This document shows positions 39,613-51,187 of a stretch of 64,000 nucleotides of DNA, piece by piece. Position numbers and translations under genes: made by a program. Origin of the DNA: Octopus sinensis (Eukaryota). Where the stretch lies: assembly GCF_006345805.1 (NCBI RefSeq), contig NW_021831832.1, positions 1-64,000 of the forward strand, written 5' to 3'. Below the pieces are notes generated by a model. It saw only the letters and a program-made list of their open reading frames with translations, did no database searches and was not told where the DNA came from. Position 1 is the stretch's first letter; the number at the start of each line of letters is the position of its first letter.

Positions 39613-39833
39613 AGAGGGGAAGAAGTGGTCAAGAAGAAACCAAATAACTTACCAGACACACGATTAAACGCCACCGCCAACAACTGTCCATGAAATAGTA
39701 TTTTAAGAAATGGTACTAATGTTACATGTGACCAGGACATGCAAAACAAGGGGTTAACTTAGGTTTTACGATTTTCTATTTAGTGAAATTACAGTTTCTT
39801 TAAGCATATTCAGTGAATGATCAGATAAGAATA

Positions 39834-40328
39834 GCGTCAATTCTTGAGTATAATATGCAGGGGATTTTTAGGGGGCTGTACCTCTTATAAACCTAAACCT
39901 TGTGTATAATACGCACCCCTTCTCTAACTTGAGTCAAGGAGGTCTATATAACGTCCATGGTTTGTAAAACTGTATACGGTAACGTCCTTTATTATTATTT
40001 TATGTATAACATAATGCAAACGTGTAGCTTTTTTGTGCATTTTGTTTGCAGAAAATAAAGAAATAACAGTAATAAAGTTTAATAAGTGTTGCTTACTGCA
40101 AGTTATGGATGATTCTTTTATGACTTCATTGCTTTCAGGTTTAGCTTAAGGTATTTTCGCACCCTACATCGCAAAATGCGTCTGAATAAACATTGCCGGA
40201 CAGCAAAGAGAGACTCAGACATTGCTTAGAAAATAGTTTTCATTTTTAACCTCGTATATAGTATGCACTAGGGATTTTGACCTTTAAATTTTGGGGGAAA
40301 AATGAGGATTATACTCGAGGATTTACGG
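39834..40328. mobile_element. Tc1/mariner-superfamily (Tc2/pogo-like) MITE
   Basis: TA-gcgtcaattcttgagtataat ... attatactcgaggatttacgg-TA; degenerate TIRs. Confidence 0.6.
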
Positions 40329-40750
40329 TAAGCTATGAAAAATGTGTCACTTGGAAGCAGCGAACAAGGAGACGGAGACTCAATGAAACAAAAAGAGAAA
40401 ACCAAAAGACAAGTGACTGCAGCTCAATGGAGATGAAGATGAGAATAGTTTTCATGAGAATGTAGCGATATTGATATCCTCACTCTTTGAGAGACACAGT
40501 AAGAATGATCTCGTTTGAGATTACAACCATCTTTGGCTAGTTTGACCCTGTTGTGTCCACTGCTCTGATTGGTTGGCATTTTGTGCGGTTTGTCTCCCTA
40601 CTTATTTTGCTCTAGCGTAAAGCCAACCAATTACAGCCTTCGGATAAAGCCTACTTTAGATGCCCTTCTTTGAGCCAGTTTAACTCCTTAAATAAGCTAG
40701 CATTTTCACTATTCTTCGTCTTTCGGCTTTAGACCTTTTAAGGTCTAGTC

Positions 40751-40952
40751 CAGTGCTTTTTAAACTTTTTGCTGAAGCGGAACCCCAAGGAAACATTCCA
40801 CTGGCGCGAGGAACCCCTGTGCAATAATTATAATTGTCTTATGCACATATATCTGCACAGGAGAATTTAAAATTACTGTCGATTTTAGCATTTTTGTAAC
40901 TCCTTGCGGGACACCTGGACTGTACTGGCGGAACCCTGTTTGAAAACCACTG
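40751..40952. mobile_element. hAT-type MITE with 8-bp TSD
   Basis: gtctagtc-cagtgctttttaaac ... gtttgaaaaccactg-gtctagtc; mirror at 46597-46798. Confidence 0.88.
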
Positions 40953-41998
40953 GTCTAGTCACTGACCACAGAGCTACTCAGCCATGTTCCAGTTCCAGCG
41001 ATAGATGACCAGCCTGGATTAGCACGAGTACAACTTTCTGTAGAGCAGCAAGAATGGAAGTTGACACAAAATGTAGAACAACACATCACAACTAATTTCT
41101 CATGAACAAAATAAATAAATTCTAAAACAAAGTGGTAAATAGCTTGTCAGAAACACCAGTGGCTTCCTCAATAACAACATCAACTGATGATGGTTAAGAA
41201 TGGAATTGTCAAAACAATGTTGGATATTGCAAGACATTGATGACCTAGATTCCATGCTAGAAGTATCTGTGTCAATCAGTCATAGTTACATTCACATGAG
41301 GTACCATTATTGTAATGTTCATGGAAGAGTGAACTGGAGCAATATTGGCCTAATTTGAGTTTGGTCATCATCATCATCGTTTAACGTCCGCTTTCCTTGC
41401 TAGCATAGGTTGGACGATTTTATTTGAGGGCTGGCGAACCTGATGGCTGCACCAGGCTCCAATCTTGATCTGGCAGAGTTTCTCCAGCTGGATGCCCTTC
41501 CTGACGCCAACCACTCCGAGAGTGTAGTGGGTGCTTTTTACGTGCCACCAGTTTTATTCCACAGTAGCTCAAGGACTCTCAATTCATGGAGTTCTTCAAA
41601 AATTTTTTAGAGCCACAAGAAATATTGTTACAAGATGCACCATCCTGTCTGAAAACGTCTATATTTCCGAAGCACAAATTTGACGAATCATTGTCTGAGA
41701 ATGGCTACAGATAAAAAAGAAAAAAATTCCTGGGAGTTCTCTCCAGCAGTTCTTGTCCTGCGTCTTCCAGAGACCAGTGTCTGTCCTTAGGGCATCAACA
41801 TATGTCATCCTCGGTCACCATCTTCTAGTGTGTCCCGTGTAGGGGACTCTCACAGGAGCAGTGAGTGCTGAATCAACTCTGAATGATGGTGAGAGCGTGA
41901 CCAGCAAACTCCAGTCTCCTCTGTTATTTTCGGGCTAATCGGGAGGCTCTTGTACAGCTCTGAGTTCTTCATCCTCAGTGTATATTGTTTAATGGGTA

Positions 41999-42128
41999 CT
42001 ACTTAAGAAGAGTGGTCCCGGACACAAAGTAAATAAACACAAAAACACAAAGTAAATAATTTTTTAAACAAAGTAAATAACACAAAAAGGATCGACTAGC
42101 GCGCACCGGGACCATTGTTCTCAAATAG
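41999..42128. mobile_element. Chimeric, internally deleted MITE at the duplication breakpoint
   Basis: Left end ctacttaagaagagtggtcccgg (same as the right end of the 44987 copy). Right end ccgggaccattgttctcaaatag (resembles the 43774 copy). Confidence 0.7.
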
Positions 42129-43134
42129 GGTAAAATTAAAGATTAACACCCGCACGATTTTCACTAAGAAAAAAAAAAAAAACTCGGATTTTTTGCGTGG
42201 AATGAAGTACCCTGACCTCCTAATATGCTGCAAATCCCATATTTTGGTTCGGAATTGCTCCGGAAAGGGGGGGTACCCCCCCCCCGGAATTTTCACGAGT
42301 AAAAAAAAAAAAAAACCTCGGATTTCTTGCGTGAAATCAAGTACCCTGACCTCCTAATATGCTGCAAATCCCATATTTTGGTCCGGAAAGGGGGGTAATC
42401 CCCCCCTGAATTTTCACATGGAAAAAAAAAAACGGATTTTTTAGATACCTTTCTGCTTTTTAAGACAATAAAGTGTTATTGGAGGGAAATCTGGCTGCTA
42501 TTTCTAGCTGCCTGAATGACAACATAGCGATTTACAGATAAATGAATTAATTACTATTTTACAGAATAAAATTAATGAATTAATTATATAAATTAAATAA
42601 TTCTTGAAAATTAATTAATATTAATAATATTTTTTAAACAAAGTAAATAATTTATAAAACTTAAATAATAATTTTTTTTACACAAACGCGAACGTATATA
42701 ATTTGTGAAACTTTTTTTTTTTTTACAGACGTATATAATTTGGTAAACTTAATGAATTAATTTCTTCACATCATCATCATCGTTTAACGTCCGTTCTCCA
42801 TGCTAGCATGGGTTGGACGGTTCGACCGGGGATCTGGGAAGCCAGGAGGCTGCACCAGACTCCAGTCTTATCTGGCAATGTTTCTACAGCTGGATGCCCT
42901 TCCTAACGCCAACCACTCCGAGAGTGTTGTGGGTGCTTTTTACGTGCCACCCGCACAGGTGCCAGGCGAGGCTGGCAACGGCCACGGTCGGATTGGTGCC
43001 AGTCGAGGCTGGCAACGGCCACGGTCGGATTGGTGCCAGTCGAGGCTGGCAACGGCCACGTTCGGATTGGTGCCAGTCGAGGCGGCTCTGGCATCGGCCA
43101 CGATTCGGATAGTGCTTTTTACGTACCACCAGTC

Positions 43135-43491
43135 CAGGGGTACTTGATTCCACGCAAAAAATCCGAGTTTTTTTTTTTTTCTCTTAGTGAAAATCGTGCG
43201 GGTGTTAATCTGTAATTTTACTTTTTCTTTTTTTCATCGTTGACTCATCGTAGACATTTTTAGAGAGTTACTTCCCTTATATAATAGCGAAAAAATGCAT
43301 TAAAATGGGAAAAAATGATGGTAATTTTTTTTTTAAATCGTAGACGCGCGCTAATACCCAGAAGGGCTCGATATGAATGATGACTATAAGATACCCGCTT
43401 TTGGTTACACTGCACCGCAAAATGTGGGAGTAGTTAGGAATCTAAATCGTAGGAGACAGACAGCACACAACCTCTCTTTTATATATAAAGA
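43135..43491 (-). mobile_element. Helitron 5' fragment
   Basis: A|TCtttatatataaaag start on -. Internal ttaccatcatt..taactctctaaaaatg shared with the 63561 Helitron. An opposite-orientation piece lies at ~42130-42420. Confidence 0.6.
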
Positions 43492-43773
43492 TTTTTCATT
43501 GCGTCTTGCAACCTTTTCAATAGTTTTGACAAAATGCTTAAGTTTTGAGAGTGAAGACTATTGAAAAGGTTGCAAGACGCAACGAAAATTTTAGGACAAT
43601 AAAAATAAGAAAAAAGTGGAAATTTTACCGGTGATTTATTATAAGGCACAAAAAGAAAATGACCCTCCCCAGACACAATAGATCATAATACTTAATTTCA
43701 TTGAAACTATTAGCACATTAAATTAGCCTCATTTTTTAATATTTTCAGTGTCATTAATCATAATAATACATTT

Positions 43774-43979
43774 TGGTCCCGGTGCGCCCACTCGCGCATC
43801 CGCACTAGCTAGTCATGACTAGTCGATCCTTACTTTGTGTTTTTGTGTTTATTTACTTTGTTTAAAAAAAATTATTTTATTTTATGTTTTATTTACTTTG
43901 CTAGGAGAGTCATTGTAGGATCGACTAGTCACGACTAGCTAGTGCGGATGCGCACACCGGGACCACTGTTCTCAAGTAG
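43774..43979. mobile_element. MITE (tggtcccggtg...caccgggacca family), left TIR truncated
   Basis: Interior nearly identical to 44987-45210. Confidence 0.8.
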
Positions 43980-43995
43980 TTCCTAATACTTAATT

Positions 43996-44461
43996 TGGCG
44001 ATCTTTCGTCTCTAGTAGACCTTTCCGTCGATTTCCGTAAAAAAAATTTTTTTTTTACATATGGGCTTGCGGTAACTTTTGAAGTAATATACATACATAT
44101 ACACATACACCGAGTAAAAAAAATCAGTTATCTCTTTCTTTCAAACATTACTCTCTCTGTCTCTTCACACACACTAACAGAAGCACTTCACTTACACAAC
44201 ATACTGTCTGTCTCCCACACCGCATCAAACACACACACACACACGCACACACACACACCACACGCACACACACACACACACATGTACATCAACGCTTCCC
44301 CTGGACGGTAACTTCAAAAGAACTTCCCTCGTCATACAATCGCTTTCTCTTAGTCTCTTTCGCTGTCATTACTTCTAAAGTTCCCGCAAGCCCATATGTA
44401 AAAAAAAAAATTTTTTTTACGGAAATCGACGGAAAGGTCTACTAGAGACGAAAGATTGCCA
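43996..44461. mobile_element. MITE/fold-back with ~95-bp TIRs around a (CA)n-rich core
   Basis: 43996-44090 is the reverse complement of ~44367-44461; superfamily unresolved. Confidence 0.8.
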
Positions 44462-44986
44462 TTATGCCTTCTTGGAGTGTTCGACATTCGACTTTTGCCG
44501 GCATGGAAGCCAACAGGAACACTTTCGGGTGTTCTGCTGGCATCAGTTTGAAGAGATAGAGGCATGTTTGCAAATAAGAGTTGTTAGCCGAAACTATAGC
44601 AAAAGCACCGAGATTTTCTCTTGCTATGTGTCGTTTCCTTCTAATGGGTGATAGACAACTCAAATGAAGGCATTGTTATCGTTTTACGTGTTTATTTGCT
44701 TTACATGTTACACGAACTGTCCGACATTCAGCATAGTAATACTTATATACTTCAGACACAGTTCGTACTGTTTACTAATAAAATAGTGCCAAAAGTGGGG
44801 ATGTATTCTACACACGTATGCCTACGTATACACATAGATATGAATGTGTAACATCTCTTCCATCGCTGCAGTGGAGTCTGTGCTGTTGCACGGGTCTAAG
44901 ACTTGGACATTGGCCAAGAAACTTACTCAGATGGTGGATGGATGCTACACGATAATGATGAGGATGGCTCTGAACATTAAATGGTA

Positions 44987-45210
44987 CTATTTAAGAAGAG
45001 TGGTCCCGGTGCGCCCACTCGCACATCCGCACTAGCTACTCGTGACTAGTCGATCTTTACTTTGTGTTTTTGTGTTTTATTTACTTTGTGTCAAAAAAAT
45101 TATTTTGTGTTTTATTTACTTTGCTAGGAGAGTCGTTGTAGGATCGACTAGTCACGACTAGCTAGCGCAAGTACGCGAGTGCGCACACCGGGACCACTCT
45201 TCTTAAGTAG
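44987..45210. mobile_element. Intact MITE with TA TSD inserted in an RTE fragment
   Basis: TA-ctatttaagaagagtggtcccggtg ... caccgggaccactcttcttaagtag-TA; the flanks continue the RTE-like reading (..MALNIKW | ..ELY..LP..). Confidence 0.88.
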
Positions 45211-47763
45211 TACCCATTAAACAATATACACTGAGGATGAAGAACTCAGAGCTGTACGAGAGCCTCCCGATTAGCCCGAGAATAACAGAGGAGACTGGAG
45301 TTTGCTGGACACGCTCACCATCTTTCAGTGCTCCTGTGAGAGTCCCCTACACGGGACACACTAGAAGATGGTGACCGAGGATGACATATGTTGATGCCCT
45401 AAGGACAGACACTGGTCTCTGGGAGACGCAGGACATAGCAGTGATGAAGGACAAGAACTGCTGGAGAGAACTCCCAGGGATTTTTTTTCTTTTTTATCTG
45501 TAGCCATTCTCAGACAATGATTCGTCAAATTTGTGCTTCGGAAATATAGACGTTTTCAGACAGGATGGTGCATCTTGTAACAATATTTTTTGGTGCTCTA
45601 AAAAACGTTTTAAAGAACTCCATGAATTGAGAGGCCTTGAGCTACTGTGGAATAAAACTGGTGTCACTGAATGGTTTTCTCCTGAAGTATTTTGTATCTG
45701 TTGAATCAAATATAAATGATTTCTGAGGTTCTTCAGATAAATCTGGAAGTTTTTCAATAGGGATTCAACTAGATTTATATCAAATAACAGGCATCCGTGC
45801 TAGCAGGGTGCAAAGAGCACCATACGAGTGTGATCGTTTGACAGAGCAGCCAACTGGCTTCCGTGTTGGTGGCATGTAAAAGGACACCATTCGAGCGTGA
45901 TCATTACCAACGTCACCTTACTGGCACCTGTGCTGGTGGCATGTGTAAAAAGATTCGAGCGAGGTCATTGCCAGTACCGCCTGACTGGCCCCCATGCCAG
46001 TGGCATGTAAAAGGCACCCACTACACTCTTGGAGTGGTCGGCGTCAGGAAGGGCATCCAGCTGGAGAAACTCTGCCGGATCAAGAATGGAGCCTGGTGCA
46101 GCCATCTGGTTCGCCAGCCCTCAGTTAAAATCGTCCAACCCATACTAGCAAGGAAAGCGGACGTTAAACGATGATGATGATGACCAAACTCAAATTAGGC
46201 CAATATTGCTCCAGTTCACTCTTCCATGAACATTACAATAATGGTACCTCATGTGAATGTAACTATGACTGATTGACACAGATACTTCTAGCATGGAATC
46301 TAGGTCATCAATGTCTTGCAGTATTCAACATTGTTTTGACAATTCCATTCTTAACCATCATCAGTTGATGTTGTTATTGAGGAAGCCACTGGTGTTTCTG
46401 ACAAAGCTATTTACCACTTTGTTTTAGAATTTATTTATTTTGTTCATGAGAAATTAGTTGTGATGTGTTGTTCTACATTTTGTGTCAACTTCCATTCTTG
46501 CTGCTCCTCAGAAAGTTGTACTCATGCTAATCCAGGCTGGTCATCTGTCGCTGGAACTGGAACATGGCTGAGAAGCTCTGTGGTCAGTGACTAGACCAGT
46601 GATTTTCAACCAGGGTTCCGCCAGTACAGTCCAGGGGTCCCGCAAGGAGTTACAAAAATGCTAAAATCGACAGTAATTTTAAATTCTCCTGTGCAGATAT
46701 ATGTGCATAAGACAATTATAATTATTGCACAGGGATTCCTCGCGCCAGTGGAATGTTTCCTTGGGGTTCCGCTTCAGCAAAAAGTTTAAAAAGCACTGAA
46801 CTAGACCTAAAAGGTCTAAAGCCGAAAGACGAAGAATAGTGAAAATGCTAGCTTATTTAAGGAGTTAAACTGGCTCAAAGAAGGGCATCTAAAGTAGGCT
46901 TTATCCGAAGGCTGTAATTGGTTGGTTTTACGCTGGAGCAAAATAAGTAGGGAGACAAACCGCACAAAATGCCAACCAATCAGAGCAGTGGACACAACAG
47001 GGTCAAACTAGCCAAAGATGGTTGTAATCTCAAACGAGATCATTCTTACTGTGTCTCTCAAAGAGTGAGGATATCAATATCGCTACATTCTCATGAAAAC
47101 TATTCTCATCTTCATCTCCATTGAGCTGCAGTCACTTGTCTTTTGGTTTTCTCTTTTTGTTTCATTGAGTCTCCGTCTCCTTGTTCGCTGCTTCCAAGTG
47201 ACACATTTTTCATAGCTTACCGTAAATCCTCGAGTATAATCCTCATTTTTCCCCCAAAATTTAAAGGTCAAAATCCCTAGTGCATACTATATACGAGGTT
47301 AAAAATGAAAACTATTTTCTAAGCAATGTCTGAGTCTCTCTTTGCTGTCCGGCAATGTTATTCAGACGCATTTTGCGATGTAGGGTGCGAAAATACCTTA
47401 AGCTAAACCTGAAAGCAATTAAGTCATAAAAGAATCATCCATAACTTGCAGTAAGCAACATTTATTAAACGTTATTACTGTTATTTCTTTATTTTCTGCA
47501 AACAAAATGCACAAAAAAGCTACACGTTTGCATTATGTTATACATAAAATAATAATAAAGGACGTTACCGTATACAGTTTTACAAACCATGGATGTTATA
47601 TAGACCTCCTTGACTCAAGTTAGAGAAGGGGTGCGTATTATACACAAGGTTTAGGTTTATAAGAGGTACAGCCCCCTAAAAATCCCCTGCGTATTATACT
47701 CAAGAATTGACGCTATTCTTATCTGATCATTCACTGAATATGCTTAAAGAAACTGTAATTTCA

Positions 47764-50700
47764 TCATCATCATCATCATCATAATCGTTTAGCGTCCGCT
47801 TTCCATGCTAGCATGGGTTGGACGGGTCAACTGGGGTCTGTGAAGCTGGAAGGCTTCGTCAGGCCCAGTCAGATCTGGCAGTGTTTCTACGGCTGGATGC
47901 CCTTCCTAACGCCAACCACTCCGCGAGTGTAGTGGGTGTTTTTTACGTGCCACCTGCACAGGTACCAGACAGAGCTGGCGAACGGCCACGAACGGATGGT
48001 GCTTTTACGTGTCACTGGCACGGGGCCAGGCGATGCTGGCAACGGACACGAATGGATGGTGCTTTTACGTGCCACCGACACGGGGCCAGACAGAGCTGGC
48101 AACCGGCCACGAACGGACGGTGCTTTTACGTGTCACCAGCACGGGGGCCAGCCGAGGCTGGCAACGGACGCGAACGGATGGTGCTTTTACGTTCCACCGA
48201 CACAGTTGCCAGACAGAGCTGGCAAACGGCCACGAGCGGACGGTGCTTTTATGTTTCACCGGCACGGGGTCCAGCCGAGGCTGGCAACGGACACGAACGG
48301 ATGGTGCTTTTACGTGCCACCGACACGGGGCCAGACAGAGCTGGCAAACGGCCACAAACGGATGGTGCTTTTACGTGCCACCGACACGGGGCCAGACAGA
48401 GCTAGCAAACGGCCACGAATGGACGGTGCTTTAACGTGTCACCGGCACGGGGCCAGGTGAGGCTGGTAACGAACACGAACAGATGGTGCTTTTACGTGCC
48501 ACTGACACGGGGCCAGGCAGAGCTGGCAAACGGCCACGAGCAAATGGTGCTTTTACGTATCACCGGCACGGGTGCCAGACGAGGCTGACAGCGGACACGA
48601 ACGGATGGGTCACTTAACCCCTGCTTTCTGATATATGATTTGATTTTGATTGTTCTCACTGGTCTTGCCGGGTCTTCTCACGCACGGCATACTTCCATAG
48701 GTCTCGGTCTCTAGTCATTTCCATGGTGAGACCTAAAGTTCGAAGGTCGTGCTTCACCACCTCGACCCAGGTTTTCCTGGGTCTACCTCTTCCACAGGTC
48801 CCCTCAACTGCCAGGGTGTGGCACTTTTGCACACACCTATCTTCATCCATTCTCACCACATGACCATACCAGCGCAATCGTCTCTCTTGCACACAACATC
48901 TGATTCTTCTTAGGTCCAACTTTTCTCTCAAGGTACTTACACTCTGTCGACTATGAACACTGACATTACACATCCAACGGAGCATACTAGCTTCATTTCT
49001 CGCGAGCTTACGCATGTCCTCAGCAGTCACGGCCCATGTTTCACTGCCATGTAGCATGGCTGTTCGTACACATGCATCATACAGTCTGCCTTTTACCCTG
49101 AGCGAGAGGCCTTTAGTCACCAACAGAGGTAAGAGCTCCCTAAACTTTGCCCAGGCTATTCTTACTCTAGCCGTTACACTTTCAGCACACCCACCCCCAC
49201 TACTGACTTGGTCACCTAGATAACGGAAGCTATCAACTACTTCTAGTTTTTCTCCCTGGAAAGTGACGGAAGTTGTTTTCTGCAGATTTTCAGAGGTTAA
49301 TGCTCCCGAGCATCTGCCACATACAAAAACCATCTTCCTAGTTAGCCTTCCTATGACATTGCTGCACCTCTTATGTGCCCATAGCTTACACTTGGTGCAT
49401 CTTATAGAGTTTCTACCTAAACTTTTTCTACAGATCGAGCAGGGCCATCTACCTGAAGGCGTTTGTGATTTGTCTACCTTCCTACTTATTAGGACTTTGG
49501 TTTTAGCTAGGTTGACTCTAAGGCCTTTCGATTCTAAACCATGCTTCCACACCTGAAACTTCTTCTCCAGTTCTGATAATGACTCAGCAATTAGAGCAAG
49601 GTCATCAGCATAGAGGAGCTCCCAGGGGCGTCCTGTCTTGAATTCCTCCGTTATTGCCTGGAGGACTATGATAAATAGGAGGGGGCTGAGGACTGAGCCT
49701 TGGTGGACCCCTACCTCTACCCGGAATTCTTCACTGTACTCATTTCCAACCCTCACCTTACTAGCAGCATCCCTGTACATGGCTTGCACAGCTCTCACTA
49801 ACCATTCTTCTATTCCTAGTTTCCTCATTGACCCCATATGAGGGATTGGGGGACCCTGTCGAAGGCTTTCTCCATGTCAACAAAAGCCAGGTACAGGGCC
49901 TTATCTTTGGCTAGGTATTTCTCCTGCAGCTGCCTTACCAGGAATATAGCATCAGTGGTACTTTTCCCTGGCACGAAACCAAACTGCATCTCATCTAAAC
50001 TAACTCTCTCTCTCTCTAATTAGTTCGTTTATGACCCTCTCTGTAACCTTCATCACCTGATCCAACAGCTTGATACCTCTGTAATTATTTGTATCTAGGG
50101 CATCACCTTTACCTTTGTAGCAGTTGACTATTATGCTGCTACACCAGTCATTGGGTATGACTCCTTCATGTATCACCTGATTAACTATACAGGTGACTAG
50201 GCTATAGCCGACACTACCAGATATTTTGAGCATCTCTGCAGTGATACCTGATGGGCCTGGGGCTTTCCCTGTCTTCATGCTTCTAATTGCCTTAGCTACT
50301 AAGGAACTATCAACCCTGATAGCTGGTCCCTCTGTTGGGTCAACGTTCGGCAGACTCTCTTTATCCCATTCATTTTCTTTATTCAGCAACCTTTCATAGT
50401 GGCGTCTCCAAGCCTCTCTCTTTGCATCCTCGTTTAGCGCAAGTGAACCATCTTCCATGCGAACACACTTCTCTCCCACCACATCACAATTCTCTCTCAC
50501 ACACTGTCTTGCAACGCGAAACACCTCCAGTCTTTGGTCCTCACGCGCGCAGAACATTGGCAATTTTTTCTTATCTGCCCCTCTGGCTAGATAGACCTGT
50601 CTCCTAGCTTCCCTTTTAGCAGTCTGATACAATTCCTTGCTACCACCATTCTTCCAGTGCTTCCAAGTCTGTCTCTTTTCTCTAATAGCCCTGTCTACGA

Positions 50701-51187
50701 CACTGTTCCACCACCACGTTACTTGGGACGAGAGGGGACTTTGCACCAGCCACAGATCTGGTCAGTGGCTCTCAGCAGGTTGTCCCTTAGAAACGTCCAG
50801 TTGTCTTCTACCCCATGTGATACACTATCTCCTTCTACTTCGTCAAAGGCTTCAAGTAACATGTCTCTAAATCTCTGTCCATTCACAGGATCCTTAAGCT
50901 TCCAGATCCTTCTTCACCATGTTGGTCGTCCTCCTACTCCTGATCCTAAAGTCACTAACTACCAGTCTATGTTGTGGGGTGCATTCTTCGCCTGGGAAGG
51001 TTTTGGCATTTATAAGTAGCCATCTCTCCCTTTGCCTGGCAAGGATGTAGTCAATTTGGCTGGTATGTTGGCCCGATCGGTAGGTGACTAGGTGGCTGGT
51101 AGGTTTCCTGAAGTTAGTGTTGCAAATCATAAGATTATTTGCATCGCAGAACTCCAGCAGCCTGGTTCCCTCCTCGTTGCGGGAACC
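47764..51187 (-). mobile_element. 5'-truncated RTE-clade LINE: partial AP endonuclease, RT, PHD-like Cys cluster, tandem-repeat 3' UTR, (GAT)n tail
   Basis: Endonuclease end GFGSRNEEG..SQIDY..QHRLV; RT motifs KAPGPSG, NYRGI, QFGF, DMEKAFD, GVHQGSVLSPLLF, YADD; RRLRWYGH..GRPRKTW C-terminus. Stop at 48656, UTR repeats ~47940-48610. Absent from the mirror site in the left arm (39766/39784). Confidence 0.95.
48656..51187 (-). pseudogene. Disrupted LINE ORF2 (several frameshifts)
   Basis: Split among ORFs 50894-51130, 50000-50746 and 48656-49837. Frameshifts near 50890, at an (AG)n expansion ~50005-50017 and near 49838, plus compensating indels near 50550-50570. Confidence 0.85.

Larger units (their letters stand above)
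27006..42021 (+). repeat. Left arm of large inverted segmental duplication (may extend further left)
   Basis: Reverse-complement match to 45188-64000 (27006<->64000, 34867<->56100, 42021<->45188). The ORF track shows mirrored identical peptides. Confidence 0.97.

Noticed and set aside
41180-41225. Third hammerhead candidate (caaCTGATGA...gtcaaaac..ttg)
   Set aside because: The GAAA box is absent and stem II cannot be paired convincingly.
48656-49837. Host gene, or group II intron/retron/DGR reverse transcriptase
   Set aside because: It has an upstream AP endonuclease, an RTE-type C-terminus and a (GAT)n tail, and is frameshifted and arm-specific, so it is a non-LTR retrotransposon.
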